Below are positions 24,223 to 37,600 of a DNA stretch of 64,000 nucleotides, one piece after another. Made by a program: the position numbers and the translations under genes. The stretch is from assembly GCA_951406725.2 (NCBI GenBank), contig OX597814.1, positions 58,838,001 to 58,902,000 of the forward strand, written 5' to 3'. The notes under the pieces are model-generated. The model had not been told where the DNA came from. It was given only the letters and a program-made list of their open reading frames with translations, and ran no database searches. Within the stretch, counting starts at the first letter, position 1, and each line of letters begins with the position of its first letter. The DNA is from Octopus vulgaris (taxonomy: Eukaryota).

Positions 24223-25090
24223 GGTGTTTGAACGAAAATATTGGGAAACTTGGTAACGGAACTAAGGTGCGCAGAGTGAAGTCAGAGGCCACAGAATAAA
24301 CTTAAACTCTCGCATGCCCAAGAATTTATTATTTCCTCGCTGACTTCCAATGTCTATAGCAATGATTGGACGATTGGATATAAAGTGTATGCAGTGTGGT
24401 CCTCTCAATATCTGGTTTCAACTGTACAAGATATTTTTCATTGCAAAGGGGAAGACGAAATCGGTAAGAAAACGATCAACAAACGTGACGAATCGTGGAT
24501 GTATGACTCTGAAATCAAGGCTTAGCAGTGAAAGAATCCCAACTAGATTTGAAGGTACTGAGGAAATCTGTGACGAGGTAGCTGCTCAGTATCCCCCAAA
24601 AATATGTCCTCCCAGGAATGCTTCCTTTAATTGGAAACAACGCTGAAAAAACGTGTAGTTGAACAAGGAGTCTACATCAACAGAGACTGAATGACTAATT
24701 GCTTTGAGTTTTATGTTTTTTATAGCGCTGATATTTACTGATAATATCTTGTATATATGTAAGCAGTATTACTTTCTTGATGTTAGCAATACAAAGTTAA
24801 TGTCGGTATCAGTGCTAAGCCATATAATACATTTTACTATTCCAATGTGTATGTCATACAGAGGCTTACACGTTGGAAATCCAAATATATTTTTTCGAGC
24901 AGTGGAATATCTGCTTTTATTAGAAAATATGATACAGTCTATTAAAATTCTCCATTCTAAAATTGTTTAGAGAAAACATTCATGCACTATCACATATATG
25001 AAGATAAATGAATATGCAGATATATAAACAGACACTACGACACTCACTTACACACACTTACACACATGTACACACATACAGATGCACGTG

Positions 25091-25159
<69 letters not shown>

Positions 25160-25513
25160 GAAGAATATATGGTAATATCTATATATTAATATGGCTACCA
25201 TAGCTACTTTCTAAAGATGTAGTGTCGGTGAAAGTAAAAACGACATTCCCCTCTATGATATATAATTCCACAATCAATACCCTAATATTTGGTGATTGTT
25301 TATCCAATTCTGTATTCAAATATATCTATTCCGGTATGAAACTCCTTTACCATATTCCACATATAAATTATCTTCAGGCTAACTACACACATTTATATCT
25401 ACCAGGGAGATTAAATACTTTGCTCTGTAGGCCTCCTGCCATTGTAAACATATTGGTGAACCATGATAAACGTCATTCGGAAATGAAGAAATTTTCAGCT
25501 TACAGTAAAGAAA

Positions 25514-25561
25514 TATGAGGTCAAGTATAAGGTCAAGTATGAGGTCATGTATGAGGTCAAG
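25514..25561. repeat. 12-bp tandem repeat x4 (tatgAGGTCAag)
   Basis: Directly visible. Confidence 0.9.
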
Positions 25562-26162
25562 AAGTAATTATTAAATGACTCAAGTTATAAAACATTCAAG
25601 CATTTCAGATACATTCTTCCTCTTCTACATTGTCTTTCATATCGCGTTCACTAAGTCGTATTTCCGAGGTTAGAGCCCACAATGTCTCACAATATATTAA
25701 CACTGTACGTTAGAGAGCTATGAGGTTTAAACTAAGGAGATGAATTTAATATTTTGAACAGATATACACAGATTACCTTTATCTCAGTGTTAGAGTGCAT
25801 TTGTGAAGGCCCGTGGTTCAGTTGTTATATAATTGCGTTCACTACCGCAAGACCTCGCTTTCGAATCTCGAAGCAAGCAGTGCATTGTGTTCTTGAACTA
25901 AAACGTTTCATTTAACATTGGTCTGGTCCACCAACCTGGAAATAAATTGTATCGCGAATGATTGGTGTCTCTTTCAGAGAGGGGTTTGTGACTTCGGTTA
26001 CATATACGCTGCAATAACCAGGAAACCCGCCATTTTAGCCCTTGAATTCAGGACGATAATTTGTTTTAGTTCACAGAGTATTGCACAAATCCGTTTTAAA
26101 CAGTTGCATGTTGTTGGAACATAAGAGATCAGTCACAAATAACGTCCCCGAAATTAATGCAA

Positions 26163-26203
<41 letters not shown>

Positions 26204-27329
26204 CACCACCACCACCACCACCACCACCACCACCACCACTACTACTACTACTACTCCTACTACTACTACTACTTTTTCTGTAGATTTGAACTACATGAAT
26301 TTACTGACCTTTCTAGAGGTAAATATTTTTCTGTGAACTAATGCACTCCCTTATTGCGCTAGAGAGAGAGAGAGGCTAACTATATCCCTAATTTCATAAT
26401 CTATTACTCAATAAAGAAGAAACGGCATCTTTGGATATCATTTCTATATGTTCAAAAACAGATGATGCCCGTGGTTGCAAAGCATTATAAGATATCAAAA
26501 GTAATGGGAACGTAGAAAAGCGAACTGTGTGATTTGATACCATAACTTTTGACAATATACTTGGGAGAAATACGGTTCACAGGGTACCGACATTAGTTAA
26601 TATTCTTATTTTTCACCTACCCGACCTTTTATAATTCCATAAATTATAAGAAGATCCATCCAAAAATGCATTTATTTTCTTTCATTTCAAAATTTAAAAT
26701 GTATTATATGGTTATTTCTTTCAAATTACCAAAATTTATCATTGATGAATATTCTATTGGATGTAGAAAAATGGCACACAGTGTTTGATCCGTCGAAAAG
26801 AAAACTATTTAACATAAAATAGATCCAACATAGCAGTAAAACCGATGCATATGCCCGTAGCTAATATCATCACATTCAGTCAATATCATTGAATTTCTAA
26901 ACTGCTCATTCTGTTTCATGTACTACCTTAGTTAGCATGATATATCACATCAAACTCAGTATATTGTTGGGTTTTAGACTACAGTGTTAAGTATTGTACT
27001 GGTACGAAAAAAAGATTGCAGTGATACATACATATTTCAGTACGCATATACATATACACTGATATGTATTGTATGTGTATATGAGTGTGTGCATGTGTGT
27101 ATGGCTTTCTTCTACATACACGTAAAAATGGTTATTGATATTCACATACTCACACACAAACTCACATTGTGCACAAATACACATATAAACACCCGCAGGC
27201 ACACAAGCAAGCACAAAGATATATAAACATGCATATTTGTGTATATATGTGAAACTATCTCTTGAGCACTACAATGAGGGTATTTGGGCAAGTACGTATG
27301 TATATAACTTTAAATTTATCTGTAGGTCC

Positions 27330-28910
27330 TCTTGCGCATTAGGTAGTCAGCTACCCACACCGGTCTCGCCCGGCTGGGAACTTGCATAGCCATTCCATGA
27401 AATAATGATTATATTCAGATCATTTTGTTATGTCTGCTGTCAAAGGATTTTTGACCCGCCATTTAACACGTCTGTTGTCAGGCGGTACCCACATCATGCG
27501 TGTTTTCGAGTGCTTTTGATCGCAATTAGAGCTCTAATACAATCGTTTGTAGTGAACGTGACTACGGAGTTCTCAAAATTTAGCTATTTGTGACAATGTC
27601 CCGCCAGTTCACATACACAATCTTTCTGAAACACCTTTTATTTTTCTATCATTTATTACATTATTCCACCAAGTCTCTCTGCCATACATTGCATTAGGTA
27701 GAACGATTGAGTTATATAGACAACATTAGTGCTAATGTTGCGTTTAAAATCCTTCATTCTGTATCAAGTTCCATATTACAAATGCTGCTAACAACACTGC
27801 GCAATCATGTTAACTTCGATTACAATTTAATGGTCCATGGTTTTGTCCATCTTCATCACTTTTATCTTCGTCATTGTTATTCTTCGCGTTTAGTTGCACT
27901 AACTTCGTGAAATCTTACACACTTCCACTATTCGACTACGATGTTATTAGCAAAGTCGAGATCTCTCAACTTTGCCGTCCTCTAAGCGGGATTCCAAAAT
28001 TAGGTCGACCCACTGTTTTCTCAGATCAAAGTTGGTAAGCAGCAGAAACACTAAAGAATTTAGTCGTGTCACAATCCGGAGATAATGCTAAGGCACGCAG
28101 TCAATTCAGATTCAGTTGTCTGGTCTTACACAACATTTTGATTTTCTGCTCAAGCTTTTGAAGATGTTAACAAAGTACAGTGGAATGGCATATGACATGG
28201 CAATGTTCCAGAATGATTCCCTATGTACACTGTCAGAGGCCTACTCGAAATTGATGAGGTTGACCATTAATGGCTTCTGTATCTCCTGTCTCTGTTCAAT
28301 AATATTTCATAGAGCGATGGCCTGTTTGTGCGTGACCATTTTCTTCGGAAGCCAGCCTGTTCTTTGCACAAAAAGGGATCCATCACTTGTCACTGCTTTC
28401 TCAGTAACCAGGTATCAAGCATCTCGCCTGCGACAGACAAATGTGTGATATCTCTGGAATTGTTACAGTCAGTTCGTTCCTCTTCTCAATCTCCCGTTAC
28501 TGCCAATCTTGAGAGGCCTACTCTTAATGCCAGTAGTGACCCATCAGTTTTCTCAAGCGGCAGCCATACTTCCCCCACCATACGTCATCAAGTTTTCGGG
28601 GTCTCATTTAGGTCTGAGGCCCTAGCATCATTCATGACCCTGACAACTTCTCTCGTTTCCTCCTCAATTTGACCGTCATGAAGTTCGAGTGTAGTCGCTG
28701 ATTCCGAGGTGAAACCAGACATAGTATTTAAAACAGGCTGGTTGAGTGTTTCCTGAAAGTGTTCCATCATAGGGTCTTTATCGTTGATGGCCACCAATGT
28801 CATAATATTCTTATATTTTATAGGAACAATTGCATTATTCATTGCTCCCATTAGATCCCGTAGAATGCCGTACAGAATTTTTGCAACATGTCCTTTGGCA
28901 GCTTCTATGG
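27330..28910 (-). mobile_element. Decayed LINE, probably RTE-like
   Basis: Fragments such as MMEHFQETLNQP, an EQAGFR-like and a DFE*A.DSVHR..LW-like RT segment; many stops and frameshifts. Confidence 0.6.
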
Positions 28911-28957
28911 CTATTGTCTAATTCACACACACGCGCGCGTGCATATCTCTCTCTCTT

Positions 28958-28998
<41 letters not shown>

Positions 28999-29000
28999 CA

Positions 29001-29066
<66 letters not shown>

Positions 29067-29067
29067 T

Positions 29068-29098
<31 letters not shown>

Positions 29099-29153
29099 CA
29101 TACTATACACACATACACACACACACGTATATATATATATATATACATACTAT

Positions 29154-29194
<41 letters not shown>

Positions 29195-29206
29195 CTATAC
29201 ACACAT

Positions 29207-29237
<31 letters not shown>

Positions 29238-29936
29238 CACATACTACTACCTGCTTAAGTAGACACTGATACGACGTAGAGGTGTGTTCGCGCGCGCAAG
29301 ATTGTGTTACTATATAAGACGAAAATCATTTAGAGGAATAAAAGTTTGCTCTTATCAGAAACTAACCATCCATTTCCTATGATACATTTCATTGAAAGTT
29401 GGTATGTTTTATAGTTGATTTAATGTCATTCACTGCAGCATTTATATTTCTCTAGATACAATCCGTTCATACAATTAGCTTATATATTGAAAGATTTTCT
29501 GAAGTATAAGAATGAATAAGTGATCTGTGATAAAAATGGTCTACCCTACTTATACATCTGAGCTCTTAAGAATTGATTATGATTATGAGGGTTACAATAA
29601 ATCGCCACATTCTGTTTAACAATATCACGGAAGATATTCAAGCGAAGATGCTGAAATTTGCTTCAGTTTGATCAGTATTGTATACATCTAAAAAGCATGA
29701 AATAGCTAGAAATATCTCGATGATTCATTCCACGTGACTACATATACAAACGAAGAGAAAAATAAACTGTTTATATTTAATATTCCTCAGTAGCTCGTAA
29801 AATAATGGCTTCTCTCAGGGTCTTTGACGGATGGAACTATTGTAAAAATCAATTTAAGGTGAAGATAGCTAATGAAAAGAAACGACTACAAAGTAACAAT
29901 ATTTATTTCATGTAGAGTAACAGCAGAATTTCTTAC

Positions 29937-29999
29937 CACTTCCCAGTGAAAGACAGCAGAGTGCTTACAAAATACTATTTTTTCTTTCAGTCTGTTTTC
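29937..29999 (-). CDS. Candidate exon, 63 nt, phase 0-0 (ENRLKEKIVFCKHSAVFHWEV)
   Basis: Donor GTG|gtaaga; weak acceptor ttaagattcag|; phase-compatible with neighbouring candidates. Confidence 0.35.
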
Positions 30000-30165
30000 C
30001 TGAATCTTAAGTGCTCATTCGAGTGCAAATAACAGACACGCAAATTACAATTGTGCACTGAATACTAGCATAGGCAGATACAGGTACACAAGCAGGCATA
30101 CCCACATACATAAGTTTCAGAACGAAACGCATACGTTTTGCTATAAATACGCATACTTACATACG

Positions 30166-30236
<71 letters not shown>

Positions 30237-30577
30237 TCACACGCATATATGTATATAATTATAAACACACACAAACAAACACAAACACACACACACGCAC
30301 ATATATATATATGCATGTGTACACACATATCTATTTATTCGTCCATACATATAAATATATAAATCAATGCATTTGTTTGTACAAAAATCTCTTCGTTAAA
30401 TAATGCCGCGTAGCAGAAACGTGCCTCACGAGAGCTTGCACACACAAATATTAAATAAGAGAAGGAAATAAAGACTTTGAAAATTCACATCCAAAGTAAA
30501 ATCGATGTGCTGCTGCTAAATAAGCTATTATGTTCATCTTAAAGCTCTTTGGTACGTTCTGCTTTTGTGTCACATAC

Positions 30578-30649
30578 ATCAACAGTTCGAAATATGTGTG
30601 TGTAGGTAGGCTGAGAGCAACGAATTTCGAATTTACAAAATGCATTTAT
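30578..30649 (-). CDS. Candidate exon, 72 nt, phase 0-0 (INAFCKFEIRCSQPTYTHIFRTVD)
   Basis: Acceptor cttattttggctag|, donor GAT|gtatgt; only phase 0 is open. Confidence 0.35.
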
Positions 30650-31030
30650 CTAGCCAAAATAAGTAAGGTATATATAACCACACACGCGCATAAACACATA
30701 CATACATACGGAAGTACGTATATATATATATATTTACTAGTATTTAACCAAAATAATCGCGTTTAATATTGGTTTCTAATGCATAAGTACAGATGAGTGT
30801 AATTAATCCGAAAACGGTTCTCAATCTGAAAAAGAACTTAAAATGAGTCTATATGCGATGTGATCATAAACTGAATATATACCAGTGCCAGCGTTTGATT
30901 ATTTCATGACTAGGTGGTCTTCCATACCAATGAATATATTTACATCTGTAAATACACTTAAGTTGCCACATACACACAGGAATACTCCTTCGCACATACA
31001 TACATATAAAAATACAGTATATATATATAC

Positions 31031-31083
<53 letters not shown>

Positions 31084-31145
31084 GATAGATAGATACATAC
31101 ATACATATATATATGTATATATATATATATATATATCTATGTCTA

Positions 31146-31188
<43 letters not shown>

Positions 31189-31259
31189 TTATCTATCTCT
31201 CTATATATATACGTCGTCTATCTTTCACCTTCTACTTGTTTCAGTCATTTGACTGCGAC

Positions 31260-31790
31260 CTGAATTATTCGCGAAGATCTGGTCATGCGTAAGATTTGAA
31301 CAAAAGTTGTTTCCTGGGTGATCAGTGATGAACAGAAGAAAAGACACTTTGGTAACCGCAGGAACATGGTCGAACGCGTTATCTCTAGTCCCAGAGTACC
31401 TGAGTGTATGGTGACCCCAAAACGTAAACATCGCGTTCTCAATATAAGCATGCTCCCTCTCCCAGACCGAAGAAGGACAGCCAAATTAAGTCCACCGGGA
31501 AGCCCATGATGATCCTCTTCTTCAACAGCAAAAACATGATCTCCATCCACTGGATTCACTCTGGCTTGATGCCCAACAAGAAGTACTTTATAACGGTAGT
31601 GACGGTGTTCGAGAAGCAATATCGTCGCAAAAGATCAGAGCTCTTCGACTCGGGTCGGTGTTACCTACAGCAGGACAATGCAGCAATCCACAAATCCATT
31701 CTAGCGGCTACCTGCTTGAACATTAAACGTTTCCCTCACTCTCCCTACAGACCACGCCCTATTCTATGTGACCTGTTAAATTTCCGTAGC
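31260..31790 (+). mobile_element. Mariner transposase remnant
   Basis: YLQQDNAAIHKS and FPHSPYRP..LCDL correspond to the HDNA and HPPYSPDLAP.D motifs. Confidence 0.82.
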
Positions 31791-32624
31791 CATTCCGCTT
31801 GTTTGTTTTCAATATCTCACAGCAAATTACTTCCTGCTTCAGCATTTGTCATATTTATTTTTATCGTGTTCATTCACATAGCTCGGCGGTTTGTAAATTC
31901 TTTTTCATTGTTTCTGAAGAGCCTGTTATGTTATTATTGGTTTATTATTCGTTGGTATCCAGAAGTTTCCTCAATTAATTTAGCTGCTTGTGGTCCTTTG
32001 TGTCTAATATTGCACTAGCTGTTGAGCTCGTTCCTGCATCTTTCTCTTACTGCCTAACATCTTTTCAATTTTTGCATTCATCCTACAAAAGTCTCTGTAA
32101 AGCGACTCTACCTGATCTACTTGATCTTCAAATATCCGTTCTATGACTTTTAATACCAAGAATTTCTACAACAGATGCTCCTCATTAAATGTGGTCATTT
32201 AGGCGTGTTATATTTCCAACATGGATGTTATTAATAATTCATGCATCTCCCTTACTATTCTATACTTTTACTCTTTTACTTGTTCCAGTCATCAGACTGT
32301 AGCCGGTAATCTCTTTCTTTCACTTGTCCGCGTCTCTTAGCCAAAGTAATAAACATATTTCCTCCTTTGTATCATCATTTTCTCCGATGATGTAAAATTT
32401 CTTTTCATTCTGGTTATTATTCCTCTCCTTGTGATTTATTGCACTCTTTGTTATTTCTTGTTGAATTCTCTCATCTTCATCGTCGGATTTACGTTATTCA
32501 TCTTTTACTGTTCCCGTCATCGCTTTCAACTGCAAATGGGTTAGCCACGAGCTTTCCATGATTACATTTTTTCTGGTCTAGGAGTCATTATTCTGTGACA
32601 GAGAACATGTCTTTCACTATCAAT

Positions 32625-32756
32625 ATATTATGCAGTCTATGCTGCCCTTGAAACTGATATATTATGCAAGATTTTCTTGCTGCCCTTGTACTGATATATT
32701 ATGCAATATTTTCTATGCTGCCTTTGAAACTGATATATTATGCAAGATTTTCTTGT
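32625..32756. repeat. ~35-bp minisatellite, about 3.5 copies
   Basis: Recurring gctgcc(c/t)ttg..actgatatattatgcaa. Confidence 0.85.
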
Positions 32757-32807
32757 ATTTTTTCAACACGCATATTACAATCAATTACCATAATGTTATC
32801 GTTTTAA

Positions 32808-32880
<73 letters not shown>

Positions 32881-33359
32881 ATCATTACGATCCTTTTGCG
32901 ATGTTGTCATGATGCACAAAAATAAGCAGACATACACTAAGACTAACAAATGCATTCACAAACACTCATATAAAGAGAAGTATTGCTGAGTGGTTTAAAG
33001 GCTTGCTCGCAACCAGATGGTTTTGGCTTCATTCATACGGCGCATCATGTTCGGCAAGTGTTATCTTGTATAATACTGGGCTGACAAATACCTTAAACAT
33101 GTTTTAGTAGCAGGAGACTGTGTTGATGTCCGAGGTATGTATATATTTAAATACGTGAGAATGTGTTTGTGTGTGTGTTTGTGTTTGGATGTATGCATGT
33201 GTGCATGCATCCATGTACATATGTACCTGCGTATGTATGTATACGTATGTATAAATGTATCATTTTATGTTTGTGTATACTTCTTGAAGCAAATGCAAGC
33301 TCAATACCTTTTATGAGGAAGGGCTAGAAATCCATGCTTCCATTACGTGTGGTACGTAC

Positions 33360-33510
33360 TCAGTTGTATGTTTTGTTTCGCGGTCTATAACCTTAATATA
33401 GATCAGTTTTGTTCCTATCTTTTCAGTTTCCAATACTGATATTTGAAATGAAATTATATTTGGCTCAAAGTCAACAGTCAGAAATATATATACTGCTTTG
33501 AGAAACAAGA
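33360..33510 (-). CDS. Candidate exon (LFLKAVYIFLTVDFEPNIISFQISVLETEKIGTKLIYIKVIDRETKHTTE), loosely cadherin-repeat-like
   Basis: Strong acceptor ttttactcatttccag|; donor GA|gtacgt (phase 2) or a later CAC|gtaatg (phase 0). SV.E....GT....I.V.D pattern. Confidence 0.3.
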
Positions 33511-34174
33511 CTGGAAATGAGTAAAATATTTCCCATTCTCTATATTAGAATTAATCTCTCGCAGTAACATATTGTAATCACGCAATATAAGCTTGGTATA
33601 TGTTACATGTAGGTCAATCTATAGTTATATCTTCGTAGTAAAGGATTCTGCTCCACAGAAAGGAACGACCAATGTATATTTAAGAAGGCTAGCTTTTTGC
33701 AGTTTGAACATTTGCAAAATTGTCTCTTTCTTTTCAAAATATCTTTCTGGCATATCACGAGATATACTTGAAATCACTAATCTGCACATGCACACCTTCA
33801 TTGAATCTTCATCTACCAAATATTATATCTGTCTGTCTGTTTGCCTGTCTGTCTGTCTATATGTATGTACATGTAAAGTGATTAGGTCAAAACAAAATAA
33901 AACTTGTATAAATAATAAAGGGTAGTACTGAAATGGATGGGAACTTAAATTCCATTGTCTCCATTCAGGATCGTGCTTTGCATAGAGATGTAGGTAATAG
34001 AACAAAGATATTCGAGCTGTTATAGTCGTAGTAAATTAGAGGAACACATTTAGGCTTGAGTGGTATATTACATAGCGAACGAAATACAGATTACGAAATA
34101 ACGTATAAGAAAGTATAGCATATGAGAAGAAATGTACGTTTTGTCTCGACAGCTGTTTGAAACGACAATGCCTT

Positions 34175-34646
34175 GCGTAATTAAACAAAATGCTTCACTT
34201 TTGAGGAAATTAAGAGAAGCTATCAGAATCAGGAGGCGGGGCAAGATCAGCAAAGGCATCCTCCTCCTGCAGGACAACGCTCCGGTCCACAATTCGCGTG
34301 TCACCAGATCAGGAGCACAGGCGTGCGGCTATGAACACCTCCCCCATCCCCCTACTCTCCCGGCCATGCACCTCTGATTTTCACCTCTTCCCAGCCATGA
34401 AGTTGTTTTTTGAAAGGAAAGCGTTTCCCAGATGATGCAGCCTTGATTTCTGAAGTCACGTCGTGGTTGGAGGACCAAGCTGGGGTCTTCTGCAAAAACG
34501 GTCTCCAAAGCTGCATTAAACAATGGGAGAAATGTGTAACTCTGGGTGCTTCCTATGTAGAGAAAGGCTAATAACTGTGCCAAGTTTCATTGCTCTACTG
34601 CTATGGGAAGTGGGTCAGAGGCATTACTTATTGAACGCCCCTCGTA
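34175..34646 (+). mobile_element. Mariner 3' half with terminal inverted repeat end
   Basis: LLQDNAPVHNS, LPHPP, frameshifted PSDFHLFP; ends ttacttattgaacgcccctcg-TA. Confidence 0.88.
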
Positions 34647-37600
34647 ACATAAAATTTATGGAAAGCTGTTCGTCGTACATTAAAGTGACGGGAATACAAA
34701 CAATCATTTTAAAGATATCCAACTTTTGAATGAACGAAGCTTAAGCATTCGATCAGTTAGCAATGTAGATTGGTTTGGTATTAATGATTTCCAAAGTTTT
34801 GAATATATTGATTTCAAATTTGGCACAAAGCCGGCAAGTTCGGGAGAGAGGTAAGTGGATTACATCGACCACAGTGCCTGATTGGTACATACTTTATCGA
34901 CCCTTAATATTAAAAGGCGAAGTCGACCTCAGCAGAATTTGAATATAGAACGCAAAAACCGACGAAATGCCGCTAAGCATTTTGTTTTTGCGTGCCAACG
35001 ACTCTGCCAACCTGCCATTTTATAAGGTGTGAATATATTGCTGAATCATAGCATTATATTCCGATACTAAAAACCAGAAGACACGTTTATGTGAATTAAC
35101 GAAACGTTTAATTTTGATGATAATGTAAATCTTTGTATGATCCACGAATAAAAAATAACGATACTAATGCGTTATTAATTCTTTGATGTATAAACTTGCT
35201 TTGTCACACAAACTCATGATCTGCGGGATGAATTCTGTTGTAGATAAACCATAATGCTGTTATCAGCTCTATGAATCATACATTTGTTCATTTTACCGTC
35301 TATATATGCTACAACGTTTGGTAATATTACTTATGATATATAAGATTCTTGCGCAAATTCAGATTATTCAACTTTCGCATAATATCACAAGAACAGCGCA
35401 GTTGCATAACTGGCAGGTGAAAACTGAAGTTTTATAAAAATGTGTAAGACATCAATTTCAATATTTCCCTCGGAAAAGAAAAGCGTAGTTTTAAAAATTC
35501 ACTGAAAAAACTCAATTACTTTACTAGAATATCATTAATAATTCTGTGTTTGATAATTTAGAGAATTTGTTTTTGTGAATTTTCATAGGAAATATCGAAT
35601 TTAAAATCACGTTCATTGTTGTTCAAGAATAGAATTCTATTAACAAAAGAAAATGAAAGCCACGACTATGCTCATTTAGTTTTCCATTTTGGAGACATAA
35701 TTCTCATTATACATATTACAAATATTTTAATCAGTGCACAAAGAACTCTAAACTTGCCCAAATTTTTGATAGATTTTTATTCCTGTTTCTATAAAGTTTT
35801 GTTTTGTAACATTTTTTGGGGTTGATTGTTCAGAAATTTCTTTGACAATATCAACGAACGCAATATTTATCTTATAATAGATTTATTATTCATCTTGTTT
35901 ATTAATTTTATTCTATCAATTGTTTGCGAACATATTCTACTCACATTCATAAAACATGGGATCTGTATACGTTTAATATTTTAAATCAAATATTATGATT
36001 CATACTTTATGAGAAAATATACATATAAAAAAAATAAATAACCTTAAAGGTATGAAAATTAATTTCCGTTGTTCAAACAGTTTTACATAACCCATTTGTA
36101 AGGAATGCAGTAGTATAATTGATTAAATTTAAACAGCATTTTATTCATTCTAATTTTGATTGAACTGATATTAAAAACAATAAAACTATATAAATGGTAT
36201 CTTAATTAAACATGCGGGGAGATTGCAAATTATTTAGTTAAAAGGAGTCTAACCTTCTTGATAATCTATGTCCTTTATCTTTATTCAATAACAAATGTAA
36301 TTTATTAAGAACAAATAAATATGTTAAACTGAAGAAAAATGGCCTATGATTTACACTGGGGAACAGAGAATTCTTGTGGTATTTGCGTATCTCTGCAAAG
36401 TGTTCTATTTAAAAGAAAAACTAAGTGCAATGGAATCTAAATTTAGAACCTATTTCACTAACGAAAAATTTATCAGAAGGGAGATTGTGTGGTCTTCACA
36501 ATAAATTCCATTAATAATAATTTTCCATGAGTGTGAAATTTAGTAACAATGTTTAGTTTGCTCATCATATTGCAGAAAATCGATGTCTATAATTCTACAA
36601 CATATATTGTTACCCGGTTGCAGTGAAAGCAGTTGAGTATTTTAGAAGCGCAACTGAAATATGTGAGCACCGTATACCGTTTCTTCTGCAGTAGTAATAT
36701 CATGAAAGGCCAGATATTTTGCAAAAGCGTGAACACTATTCATAATTTCAGAACTTTAGTAATATGTAACCGCAATCGAAACAAGTTTGTAGGAATCTCT
36801 AAATTAAGAGCTGCATATTTTGTATTTACTAGAGTAATTTTCTATGTTTACGTTGCTGTTGCGTGCCTACTATGAATGTATGAAATTGAGTTTTGTCGTA
36901 CTTAGTAAACAAGTGGGAATGCTTATATTACTGCTAAACATTCATCTTGCTATATAGTATATCAACAAAAGTTTACAATAAATTTGAGGGGCTCGCAGTA
37001 ATCACGTGCGTATTAAAATATGTTGGACAAGGCTTAGCATGGTTAGCATTTCCCCGATTGTCATTATTTAATTATATTTCTTAGCCATTCGAGATTCATA
37101 AAATTACAATCCATCCCAAGGGGACGTCGATAAGGAAAAACCTTTAATTAATGTTTGTTGTAACAATATAATAGCTACAGCTAATATAGCGCGCTTCAGT
37201 ACTTTTGTGATTTGAAATATTGCCCTCTTCCCGAAACCATTTTAATATATACACAGAAATACACACGCACATATATGTGTACATGCGTGTATGTGCCCGA
37301 ACACGCGCACATATTCCAAATTTCAGGCGTAGGGAAGTTGTTAAATGATTAATTTAGAACACTTTGGTGAAATTTAAATGGAGGAAACAATTGCTAACGT
37401 TAGTATTATTATATTTACCACGGTAGCTGAGTGAGCTAGATCTGTTAGAATATCGGAACACCCTTTTATATGATATATATTCCGAATTTAAATAATTTGA
37501 GTTGAAATAAAGCGGCGTGCTTGATGAATCATTAGCAGATCGGGAAAAAAGTTTAGCGGCATTAATATAAGATTCTGGTGAACTTTTCTGATTTCAAAAG

